In this document: positions 27,001 through 39,700 of the stretch, piece after piece | Position numbering within the stretch: the stretch's first letter is position 1 | Layout of the letters: each line of letters opens with the position of its first letter | Notes under the pieces: model-generated | Database searches by the model: none | What the model saw: only the letters and a program-made list of their open reading frames with translations | Told to the model about the DNA's origin: nothing | NCBI GenBank assembly: GCA_900088475.1 | Contig: FLMG01002915.1 | Location: forward strand, 1 to 50,628 | Reading direction: 5' to 3' | From: Hyphochytrium catenoides | Taxonomy: Eukaryota; Protista; Hyphochytriomycota | Length of the DNA stretch: 50,628 nt | Made by a program: the position numbers and the translations under genes

Positions 27001-30000
27001 TCTGGTCATGTCCCCTCTTCAGAAAGAATACCTGCTACTCCTCGCCGCTCCGCAAGTGGGGAAACGATTGGTGCTGCGCTCTGTCAGACTGCCGTCTTTC
27101 CTCCGAGAAAAGCGAGAGGTGTAGACTCTGATGCGCCAGACGAGACAAAGTTTGTCTTCTCCCTCTCCTGGGACATTCCTCTCGTTCGGTTCGGCGAGGG
27201 GAAAGCGTACCCGCGGATGTATACCCATTTCTTTGGTGAAGAAGGAACGGCGTCAGAACAGATGGCAGAGCATGCTCTCTATTCGTATACAACATGGGAT
27301 AGAGCTATCTCCGCCTGGCAGTCCCCGACTCTTTCCTCTTCAGATCTTCCTTCATGGTTCAAGAGCGCCCTGTTTAACGAGCTATATTATATCACCGACG
27401 GAGGGACGGTTTGGGTGACGAAGGGAGGACGGGACGGAGAGTATATAGGACCTCTTGCTTCCTATAGACCCAAAGGTCCAGCAAGAGTTCTGTCTCATCC
27501 GTCTTTCCGCTGCTGTCAAATGAATGAGCCACAGAAGAGAAACGAAGCTGGAGCCGAAGGGCAAGGCTGGTGTATGAAGCCTGATCCTATAACTTATAGT
27601 GGAGAGAATAAAACGGATGAGACTACGGGACAAGATCATAGCAGAAAGACAGAAGAAGACGGTGTAGGACATTTTCTTTATTTAGAAGGGCATGAGTACC
27701 TTATGTACAATACCTACGATGTGCACTTCTACGCGTCGTTTGCCCTTGTCATGAACTGGCCGCTACTGGTAAGAGCTCAAAAGAGACGGAGATTGTTGAA
27801 AGATGGGTAGATGTAGAGGAGTTGGGAGGGGAGCGATGTGGGGACAAGGCAATCGAACATCCTCCATAGTTTTATATACAGGGATATGATTCTGAGCCAC
27901 CTTTATGCTTTGAATTCCATACAGGAGCTCTCTCTGCAACGAGACTTTGCCCAGGCAGTAATGCAGAGCGATCCGGAGGTGAGGCCCTTACTCAGCGACG
28001 GCCAGGAGCGGGAAAGGAAGATTGAGGGCCAAGTCCCACATGACGTGGGCTCGCCAGGGGAAGATCCCTGGAACAAGGTCTCCTTATTTTCTTCTAGGAA
28101 TTCTAGCACCTCTTTACCCAATCTCCTCTCCCCTTCTGTGGCCGACTCCCGTACACGGCATTGCTGGTCTAGGAGATAATTCATATCCTGTTCTTTGCCG
28201 TTTCGCTCACGTCATCTTTCTTATTAGGTGAACGCCTATAATTTCCAGGATGTGGGACTGTGGAAAGACCTGGGTCCAAAGTTTGTGCTTCAAGTCTACA
28301 GGGATTACGTGGCCACCGGGGACAGAAGCTTTTTGATAGAGATGTATCCAGGTATATTAACCGTACACGTTTCAGCCGGTTCCTCGCACTCTGTCAAGGT
28401 AGCTGCGTTCTTAATCTTCCAGAGTTTATACCACTCTCTCTCTGAATAGCCTTTTTCTTCACATTAATCCCTATTTCCCTTCTCTGTTGACCTCATCTCT
28501 TTTTAGTGATAAAGCAGGTGATAGCCCACTGCGCTCAGTTTGATAAAGACGGCGATGGTCTGGTTGAGAATGAAGGATTCCCGGACCAGACCTACGATAT
28601 ATGGACGGTGCAGGGCCCCTCCGCTTACACAGGAGGCTTATGGTAAGTCAGGCAATAAAAGAACATCGAGAGAAGAGAGCAGTGAGAGGCAATAGCAGCC
28701 GAAACAGATAGGCCACCGGGTATTTATGGTGTCACAAACCTTGTGAGAATGCTATTTAGCTGTCGAGGGACACGTCTCAACATTTTCTCATCCTTGGAGA
28801 AGGAAAGTCTGCAGATGTTTAAAAGCTTCATTTTCGCTGTGCTCTTCACGCTAAATAGGCTTGCCAGTCTGGCAGCCGCGCTAGGAGCTGCCTCACAACT
28901 AGATGACAAAAATGGCATGCGCACGTTTGGGAAGATGTTGCGTTACGGTGAGATAAGATATGTTGAAGATGGAAGAGAGACCCAGAGAATTGGTTGACCC
29001 TACCAAATCTTGAGCTGATATGTGAGGCAGAGAGAGAGCGACTGAGACGACAGAGAGCGAGAGAGAACGAGAGGAGGCATTGGTGCAGCTCACGAGTTTT
29101 GAGTTCTGTGGCTATCTGGAGCTTATTATGCTTAAATCCCTTTCTCTCCGTTATCAAGCTAAAAAGCTCTTCTTAACCTGTTGTTCTTTACCAGGGCGGC
29201 ATGCCTATGAAGCTCTTCTTTGGAATGGCTCATATTTTAACTATGACAACGGATCATCAATCACATCAAAGTCAATTATGGCAGATCAGATGGCAGGATT
29301 GTGGTCAGATGGCGCACTGCATGCCTTCTTTCTCTTTTCTCACCCACATGTTCTGACGTTTCGTCCCATTCTGAACCACTTTGCCCTTTTTTTCCTTTCT
29401 GAAGACTCTCTGCTGCATCACTTTCGTGGGATTGATACTCTTACTTTTCTCTTTCGTCAACTCCTTGTTGCTCAACAGGTATACTAGAGCCTGCGGACTA
29501 TATCCCATCGTAGAAGAGGACAAAGCCGAGAGCGTCCTATCGGTCATATACTCTAAAAATGTGTTGTCTTTTAAAGGGGGGCGCATGGGGGCTGTAAACG
29601 GCATGACTCTTGGGGGTGAGGTGGATCAGAGCTGCCTCCAGTCACGTGAGGTGTGGACAGGTAGATGAATTACATAAGCGTACGAAGAAGGCGAAAGTTG
29701 GAGTCTAGTTCCAGAGAGTACAAAGAGTGGGCAAACGCCCTTTTGCCTTTGGAAAGAGAAGCAACCGAATTTTTTGCTCAGTATATCCTGTTCTTGTCCG
29801 CTTAGGCACCACATATGCCCTGGCAGCTACCATGCTTCAAGAGGCTCATCTCAGAAAAATCAAAAGCGTAGAGAGGGATAGCGAAACCGCCTCAAAGCGG
29901 CCTTCATCTGTTCGACCAACGCGTGAGACTTTTGAGATGAGAACAGCGGCCTACAAGACTGCAGAGGGCATCTATCGCTTTGGTTGGCAGCAGGGAGGTA

Positions 30001-30434
30001 AGGCTTCTCCCATTTTACCTGGCAGCACGACATCAGCCCCTATCGCCTCTTGTTGATGCGTAGGATCTACTCTCTAGTCGTGTCTGTATGCTCCTATTAG
30101 GGCTACTTTCAACCTTGTTTTGGTGCTTGTTGATGATGTCTATACTCTTAAGACGAGAGTTACAGCCTTGATGCCTTCTTGCTATCTTTCCATCTCATAC
30201 GTTCGATTCGTACTTCCCTGTCTCGCATTTTTAGGTTATTGGTTTGCTACACCCGAAAGTTGGGACAAGGATGGAAACTATCGTTCCATGGGATACATGC
30301 GACCCCTGGCAATCTGGGCCCTACATTGGGCGGAGGAAATAGTGCCTTTCTTACCAATGGCAGCTGAGCTGCATTCCGAAGCTGCGTCGGAAGGAGTGAG
30401 ATTAAGCACAGAGCCCCCTGCATGCCAGCTCTGA
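24020..30434 (+). CDS. GBA2: Non-lysosomal glucosylceramidase (GH116), ~16 exons
   Basis: [96 protein letters not shown] (nucleophile Glu motif), [34 protein letters not shown] (acid/base Asp motif), [36 protein letters not shown]. All joins are GT-AG. Confidence 0.96.
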
Positions 30435-30751
30435 TCGGCAGACAGCGTAGTAACCAATCAGAACAGTAAGGACTGAGTAACTTTGTCCTAAATTATACTA
30501 GAAACGCGGAGCACCCATTATCTCCTTGGTGCCTAATAATTTGGTAAGGACTTCCACTTCAACAGAGGCAAGCGGTAAATGGGAAACTGACGACTACTCG
30601 TCGCTAGGAGAAGTAGCTGCAGTGGGATAGGGTGTCAAACGTCAAGAGGACATAAACGTCAGGTCATATAAATATATATATATATACAAATTTGACACTA
30701 TAAATAAGCATCCCATAGGGAAGACCCTTTTCTCCCTTCCCCTTATACCTC

Positions 30752-33700
30752 CTAAGACTTCCTCAGCGTCATTAATCGCATTCTTCTCTCCCTCTCCTTC
30801 TCGATGGCGGCCTTCTTGACCGCTTCCACATCTGACATACGCAAGAAGTCCTTGAAGTCCTTGACATTCTTCTGAAGCGCATGCATTTCCCAATAGAACT
30901 CCTAAATAAGGGAGCAATTGAGCAAACATGGGAGGGGGAAGTGGTGATGTGAGTTTGGGAAGATCGCCAATCTCTATCCTCTAAGTTTACCTCATCCTCT
31001 GCAGCTTCTTCTGCTCTCACGGCAGCGATAAACTCTGCAATCTCCAATCTCGTTTCTTCGGCTCGTTTCCGCCCTATATAGCGGATACAGGAAAGACGTA
31101 AGGAATGACAGATCAGACCCAGAACACGAGGGCGGTCCATGGAGGTAAGTCGGGGGAATGCTTGCAAGGCAGAGGGTAGATCGGTATATCAATTTAGAAT
31201 GAAGATTCGCCTCTTTGATCTTGTTGGCTCTTGACGTGGCTGTTACCTTGATAGCCTCTGAAGACCCTCTGGATGGCCACTGAGGCGGCGTATTCTAGGG
31301 CTTTCCTTGCGTCTATCTCCTTCTTCACAATCTTCCACTTCGCGGCAGCCTTTCTGCCGAGATGGCCTCTGAAGACCTTTTGAATCTTGACGACAGCTAC
31401 TCTCTCTCTTCTCATTCTCCGGTTCCTCTCTTGAATCTTTTGCAGCTTGGTTTGGTTCTCTCTTTCCTCCCTTGCCTTCTTTCTCTGTGCTCCAATGGCG
31501 GCCTTGCTCTCCGCGTCTCTTATATTCCTGTGGGGAGATTAGCCCGAACTCAGTGAACTGGATACAGAGACTGTTGACCGCGATAACATCTAACAAGCAG
31601 TCCATAAAACTTGTGCAATAGACTTGAAGGGAAAGACGATGCCTGACCCATTCTTAGGGCATAGAACGGACTGCGACTCACCTTTGCCTTTCTTCGAATC
31701 TCTTTCTCTCCTCCATCATTTTCTTCCTCTCCTCCGTGAACTGCTTGTGGCGAGCCATGGTCTTTTTCACGAAAAGAGTGCCCTTCTCCTTGGACATGAG
31801 CTCCTAATAAGTGGTCGATTGAGATGAGCATTAGTTAGAGTGGAAGCCAGTGTACGAAACGTGGGATACTGGTTCAGCCACTGGTATCTAGGTTGGAGAT
31901 TAGGCAAGGAGAAGTCAGAGAAAACGGAACAGGGATGTTTGGTTTACCCTTTGCTGCCTCAACAAGCTTAGTGCCCTGAAGTACATGAGTGTTAGGGAAA
32001 AGAGTCCAAATTTTAGCGTCTGCTCGACCTCCTTGAGTGAGAGGTCCACGTCAGAGCCCTCTCGGACTGCCTTCTTCTTCGAAACGCGCTAGTAATTAGG
32101 ACAACAGAGATCAAGGAACCATCGATTAGCATTGATTAGCAGAAGCTAAAGACCGTAAGCCAAGGTTGCAGACAAACTACAAAGAATACGCAGCTTAGAG
32201 CTCAGACTCCTACTGTGAGCGGATAGACTCAGAACAAAGGAAAGAAATGAAGTTTCTTTACGAACCTCCTGACTTGCCACCTCGATAGGCATCCATTTCT
32301 CCAGCATAAGTAGCTGGGGAGAAGTGTTCTGCAGGATTTCGAGTTCTTTTCTCTTCCTCTCGCGCTCTCTCCTATCTTGTTCAACCTTTTTCTTCATGGT
32401 CTTGAAGTCACGAGATCGGATGGGTCCGTCACTCTTTATGCTTGGCACGTAGCCCATAACTGGCGCAGAAGAGGGCTTTTCTCCAAAGTACCATCCCTGC
32501 ACGAAGTAGGATTCCGCCCAACACATTTAAGAGACGCAGTAAGAGGATCTGACAGCTTCTATGAGGACCAACCTCCAACATCCAAGTTAAAATATCCTCG
32601 ATAATCTCTGTGCTCAACTGATTGGCGATGATGTTGTTGTGCTCGCGTTCTAAGTTTTAAGGAAGGAGCAAAGATAGAGATGACTTTAGCCTTACAAAGC
32701 GTGTTGAAAACATCAATCTGCATGACACTATTGCACTCGGTAAATAATAGGTTCAGGCATTGGCAGACCAAAAGAAGATGTTGGGGGAAGATGCGAAGCA
32801 AACGTCCCCAATCGCCAGTATTGCAATTGTAGGAAGCTGGACGCAGGCCTTCTCACCTAGCGCTTTCGTAACGTTTGCTGTGGACTGAATCTGCTCGTAA
32901 CCATGCAAGGCTTTGGTCTTGAACTCCTTGTCCAGGCAGTTGACAGCATCATGCAGCTCCTTGTCCACCTCCTGTAACTTGAGCTCGCTAAAGGGAGGTG
33001 TTAAGGTGCTGCGATCGACTTTAAGGAGAGATTTCAAGCCTACTCGATGCTTATAAGAAGGTAAACGGAGGAGATGCAGGCCTTTGTGAGGTAACATTGA
33101 GAGAGTGCCTTGGGGAGGGTATACGGCCGAGAAGTGAAAGAACGGCGACGAGTGAAAGAACGGCGACGAGTTCCGTAAGAATGCTGGGGAACAAGAGATA
33201 ATGCAATGAGTTACGGGTCCAGTTTTACCCCTACCTTTGAATAAGCTTCTGTTCTTGGACTAGCTCGTCTAATAAGTCCTGTCGGGACATTGTAACGGGC
33301 AGCCCCTGAAGCCAGGAAAGGGGTCAACTGGGATGGAATCCGTTTATCGAAGAAAAAGTGGCTAAGGCTCAATCGCTTACCCCTCTTACAGCTGCCATGC
33401 AGACGCTGGAGACAATCACCCGCTCCTCTAATCTCTTGACCCTCTCCAGCTCTTGGGTCACTTCAGCAAGTCGTTGCCTCAACTCCTGACCGTAACGAAG
33501 AGGATAGTCGCCGTATTAGAAGCCGTTTTGTACGGCAGTAGGTCACTTAACCGAAAAGAAAGGACACAGAAATTGGCAAAGGACACCAAGCACTAGAGGC
33601 TGGAGGATGTACCAGCTGAGATTCCATAACAACAGCGAGTCCAGGTAGGCGAGCCAAGGAAACAAGAGAGGATCGAGGTTACCCAGTCAATGGACGATTA

Positions 33701-36700
33701 TTGTTGGACAAAGGGCAAAGATAGCAGTTGAATTCGCACGCCCTCAGTGAATGTACCTACCTCTGTGTCCTCCGGTGCCTGCCACTTGCATGGGTTGGAC
33801 CTGCAGGCAAGACACCCTCCTGGCCCCAAACGGATTAGAGATCGAACTCTCTCTTGCTCCTCAGGTGATAGCTTTGACATCATTGCCTGGGAGACGAAAA
33901 AATGACAGTAAGCTAAAAGGCTGCAGCCATGGAAAGGCTATGGTAGCTGCCAGCATAGGGTCCTCAAATGGCGAGGACAGACAAGAGCTCAAAATGGGGT
34001 GATACCAGTGGGTGCCCTGGGCGACTTTAGCTGTATGAGAAGTCAGAAAGAGCCAGAAAGTATCAAATTCTGGGGAAGGCCCTGTGACAAAGTAGAAGCT
34101 AACCATACGCACCATACTGAGCTTGTTTGGTATCTTCCTCCATCTGCCTGCCTGACCCTCCTGCGCTGCCCTCATTTTTTCAACGTGCCTTGCTTTCCTT
34201 GCCAGCTGCGCCTCCTCGTCTTGGTCCTCGGGATCGCTGTCTGATGGAACGGCCTCCGCCTCTTCTTTTTTTATCCGTGCTTCTTGCCTTTCTTCTCTCT
34301 CTAAGATCTGACCCCGATGGAGATTAAATTACTTGTCACTGACAAAGCAGCAAAGAGAGACTGGAAGAGACTAGGGGGCTGACCTGTTGCATAAGGACTT
34401 TGTTGAGCTCTCTCTCCAAGTCAAGACGTAAGATGGCAGTGGGAAAGCGCTGCGTACTCCCGTGGAGGACTCCAGAATCCATGAACTCGTTCGTGTTAGC
34501 CAAAGCCTGAAGAGAGCAGGCAAAATAGTAAGAAAAGCTGGAGTTTGTTACATTTGCAAGAACAAACAGCGTAGGGACAAAAGCGGTTGGTCATCGCAGA
34601 CTGGACTCTCTCTCAGGCCTAGATCTAGCTCAGAGAGCCATAAGTAGGAATCCTGAGGCTTGAAATGGTGCCCATGACGTATACTGGTTCAGCATTGTAT
34701 AGGAAAAACCAATATGACTGGCATAAGACAAAGGAATAGACCGATCCAATCTATTGAAGATGATTGAATTGTGCAAACGCGCGATCAATACGGACCCTGT
34801 CAAGCTCCCTTAAAAGCTCCCTAGCGCGAGCATCGATATCTACCAGCTCCGGCCTATCGTCGCCATCCTCCTCATCCGGTTGACTATTCCTTCCTTCCTT
34901 ACGAACAGAAGCCATTCGCTCCTGTGTCTCCTGGCGGAGACGGTAGGAGCGCTTGCTTTCTTCGGAGGGTTTGCCATAGTACTTGTGCAGAATTCTGACC
35001 CAGAGATAGCGAGATATAGAGAGCATGAGTACTCGTGGAAAAGGGCTGATGAGGTGAAGTGTAGGACGCTGAGGCAAGTTTCGTCTCTTGACCAAGAAGT
35101 AATGCAGGGTTACGGAGGTTCCTACAGCGGTCCCACTAAGCAGCACCTACGACGAAGCCTTGTGCAAAAAGATCACGTATGGACTCTTTACCTTTGGACC
35201 TCCTTTGTCTCTGAATCCAGATTATCAAGGTCGGCGAAGAGGATCAGCTGTAGCTCATCCCGGGTGTAGGGGGCAGATGGAAGTGATCCCTGGCTTAGGT
35301 TTGGCTGAAAGAAGAAGAGAGCGACAAGGGTGTTGGTAAGGTTACCAATGTCCAATGTTGATACCCAAAACAATATGAAAACGAAGAGAGACAGATAGAT
35401 AGATGGCATAGCAGCAACGTAAGGAAGAAAATCCATACTACTGACAGGCATGAAACGGTATCTCTCCGGGTGGAAGAGCCGGTCAAACGAAAGGAAAGTC
35501 CTCTCTTCCGCCGTGCAGCTTTGTAGCAGCTTTCCTCTAACTGCTGGTGCAAGATTGGAGTTATATTCTTCTCCTTCCTCCTCATCCGTTGACTTCCCAG
35601 CACCCTTTCTTCTATTCGAGTCAGGGAAGAGGTTGATAAGCTTTCGGACACGGATCTCTTTCCTGTTCCAAAAATGGTGTCAGAGGGAGCGGCAAGACAA
35701 AGAATGCTGAGAGTAATTAGCGGAGAGGAAGGAATGGGTGAAAAGTCGCTGAGCAAGATCTGCTGGAAAAGGGCAGCCTGAGATCTTCTGTTTGAGAAGA
35801 CAGAGAAACGAGGCTAGGAGAGGGATCAAAGATGAAAGGCTGTCATAAGTTAGTTCTATTAAGAGACTGAGAAAAGAACAGCGCATGGCACCTTTCTAAT
35901 GAGTCCCAAGGGGATTCTAGGATGCGAAGTATCTCACTCTGAGTAAGTTGAGATGAGAACGCATGTCCTACTCCTATGCCTCCCGCATCATTGGCCTGAG
36001 CCTGAGCTGTGGCCAGCCCAACCTTTGCTGTTCCTCTATTCCTTCTCTTTTGCCGTCTTTCGACCTCTTCAAGCCATTGATACTGTGTATAGGTTAAGAA
36101 AGAAGCCGCAGTAACATGCGAGGCTATTAGACCCAAATGAGGCACTTGAAGGGGTTAGAAGGGTCAAAGAGTCATGGAATAGAGTAGATGGATAGATGAG
36201 GGACTGAGATGAGTCTTGCAAAGCAAGTGCCATTTGGAGGCAGGGTCGTGCCTGTCTTTGGGGTTGGGTCCCAGTGCCTCTTGCTCCTACTGTGCCCCAT
36301 GTGACTGCCCTCTTTCCCCTTATCCTCGCCTCTCTACAAACCTAGGTGTCACCATCTTCTAGGTCTTTTATTTATTGGCCCGCTGCATATACTGGCAACG
36401 CAATGCCTTTGCCCCCAATACTCTCTTTGCAACGTTACTGTCACTTGCCTTCTCAGGGTACAACTTTCTGTCAATGCCGATCCACTCCTTTTCCTCCTTG
36501 GAAAATAGTGCCTTCTCCTGCTCCTCATAGTGGTGCCTGAACTTTCGCCTGAGCTTCTCCGCGGGCGTCAGCTTTGCGGTCTGTAAGCCGGCAACATTCA
36601 ACAAAAGAGTAGCGCTTCCCCTGGAAGGTGCACAGAGCGAAAGGTGAGAAGATACAGGAAGATGGGACGAGACAAAGGATGGTTGGACCACAATCATAGA

Positions 36701-39700
36701 ACAGAACTTGGCTCACCTCACAGGTTCATAGTCAGTGTTAAGGTCATAGGCAGCTTTCAAGGCCTCTGCCTCTCCCTGCAGCGATTCGATTGCGGGCAGA
36801 ATCGTCTTCCTGTAGGACGACAGCAGTGCTTCTCTCTTCTCCTTTTCCCTTTCCTTTTCCCTTTGGATAGCGGACAAGACGTTGAGGCCGCTCTTGATAT
36901 CCCGCACCTCATTGCTACGGGAGGTGAACCGCCGGCACCAGGAAACAAACTCATGATCCAGAGTCTGAGACTTTTGAAGCGAGAAAGAAAGAGGCGAAGT
37001 GGAAACATATGAGAAAAAGACAAGTATTGAGAATTTCGTCACAAAGACCACCGATAGTGACAAATTTTGAGTAGTTGAAGGTTCTTAGAGCTGACAGAAC
37101 GCGTTGGCATACAGCGGAGGATAGAGGAAAGACAACTAAAGCGTGAGTACATAGGACTAGTGTTAAAAGGTGACCAAAGAGAAACTCAATGCATGGGACT
37201 GTAGGTGTCCTTGTGAGCGAAACGGACAAGAAGAGATAACTTCAGAATGGATGTCTAGTCATACCTTCCGGATTAGCGCCATTCGTTCTGAGGACGGCAG
37301 CTGGAGCTGTTGATCGTCTTTTTCTGAGATAAGCGAAGAGTTGAGAAACAGCCAGCATCAGAGTAAGTCAGAGGTTAGAGACACCACGGATTAGGATGGT
37401 AAGAGGAACGAACTCGAGCAGGCGGAAGGCTGGCAAGTACATGGAGATCAATGGAAGACCAAGAAGTCTTCCAGTATCTGTCAGTTTGGATGTTATATTA
37501 TTACCGAGCTTTCTCACACAATCCTCTCTTTCCTTCTCACAGCGTTTGGCTTCGGTATCCGCTTGAAATGCTGATTCTGAAGCAAGTCGGAGCTTCCTTT
37601 CAGCCAAGCGAATGCTCTCCAGGACATCTCGCAAGTCTCTACTTATTACCTAGAAGAGATGAAGGAAACCGTTGAGAGCCAAATGTACACTTATGCTTAG
37701 AGATGCTTGGAGACATTCGGTGCATCTGGAAGATACTATAATCCAGAGGAAATAGCAGGTAAGGAAAGGCAGTGGCACACTCAAAGACATGGACAGCGAA
37801 CGTCGCTAACCGGCAATTGTGCTTGACAGCCTAACGCCTTCTTCAGCTCCTCTCGAACGACAATCTCCGCAGGGGTCGCTGCTCGGTAAGAAACGGCAAT
37901 AGAGAATGTTGTGGTACGCGGAGCCCCAATGACCACTACGTTCAGAAGCAAGGCAGCGGTCAGTAGGACGACAGTTTGAAGTCCAGTGAAGAAAGAGACT
38001 GATCAGAAAGTTCCATCAGCTAAAAGTCGTGGTGGCACAAGGACTCTTCAGAGGCTGTCATGATTGCGGTGACACCAAGGGGCAAGCCAAACAGAGAATT
38101 TAGACAAACATCAATGAAGGGTCAAGCAGACGTAAAGGGATAGCGTGCAAACTGGTTGATGACGCGAGAGGATGTACAAACCTTGGTAGAGGAAGCCAGA
38201 AGAGAGAGGGATAGACTTTGGACGATGAAAGATCATGATTCTCCCCATCGTCTCTCTAGTACAGAGGCTGACCGAGTCGTGAGGACTGTAGCCAATGGGT
38301 ATTGGCCGACCATAGAGATTGCCTAAACGACATATTGAGGGCAATCAGAGCGGCACTCAGACGCTATATCATGCTACTCTGAGGACGGTGTAGCTACACT
38401 TGAGGGGGCGAGTTAGAGGGGAACCAGTTATGGCGCTTAAAACTAAAAGACGAAAGGAAGCGAAGACGCAAGGTAGCGATGCAACAACAAAGCCATGAAG
38501 GCCCATCGCCAGTTGTTGCTTCCCTATCAGTGCCTGGCTCTAAAAGGCGTAGAGAGATGTAGGCAGTAAGGAGTAGGTGTCAGATAAGATGGTTCAACCT
38601 CCTGGGCCTCCCCCGTCAGCAAGCCTGGGCAGCTTATACAGCATGGCTGCCAGCCTTCCCGGCTCAAAGCCATCACTACTCAGCAGCCCTCGAAACACCA
38701 CTGACACAGTTAAGTCGAGAATGATTCCGGCATCTGTCACACATAGCAAGTTCAAATGAGAAAAGAGAGTTACCGATCAGAAATCGTTGAGCGAGCACAA
38801 GGAGAAATGGTGTGAGAAGACCGGAAAGGCAAGAGGAGAAAAAGCCAGGTGGAGACAGGCAAGCCGGGTTGTGAGTAGCGCGAGAGCCTCAAGACCCCCA
38901 TAGAAGGAGACCCGAGCTTGAAGTGACAAGGGTTGATGGTGCTGACTGGTACATAGATAAAGGAAGGCAACAGCCGGATGCATCCACGTGCACAACTACC
39001 TGACGGCAGCTCAAAGGATATAGCTCTTGTCTCTCTAGCGTTAATCTTCTCTTCCTTCTTCTCTAGTATGGTCCTTAGCTGCAAAGGATAAGAACTCAGT
39101 GCTCGGCAAGACAGTAAACTGCGTAAGGACCGCGGTGTAGGGAAAGGAAGCAATTGTGAAAGCACTAGAGATAGTCTGCAGGTGGCGGCAAGTGGGCAGC
39201 CAATGGATGACAAGGTGAAGAGCATCAGAGTAGAACATAACTTGACCTTTCCATCGCAAACGATTGGGGAGGCTCCATAGGCCTCTTTCACACTTGGTAT
39301 CTCCTTTAGCTCAGTCACCACCATACCCCGGTGAACCGAACGGGAAGAAGCCGCAGAGGAAGATTGGGAGGGGGATAGGAGGCCCGGGTCTAAGCCGTTT
39401 ACTGGAGATGCCGATAAGAAACGAAAGAGAGAGGTGAGCGACAGCCTCAGGAGAGGGTCTCATACGCGCTCACCATTGCCTTGCCCTTCGCGAGGGCCTC
39501 CAAATTTCTTCATGAGGAGAAAGACAAACTTCTCCTGCTCATCCGCAAGTTGGCCTTCAGCCTGGAAATAGAGACAGATCAAGGTAATGAGCAACGACGA
39601 CCATAGGATCACGCTAACAAACGACGAAAGCTCGAGGGCAAGGGATGAGCACGAGGACGCTAACCTAACCGCGAAACATTTAGGACGGATATTAGGACCA

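Noticed and set aside
37811-37850. Apparent GC donor AAG|GCGTTA in the giant gene
   Set aside because: The frame continues (ALGCQAQLP) to a canonical GTTAGC donor.
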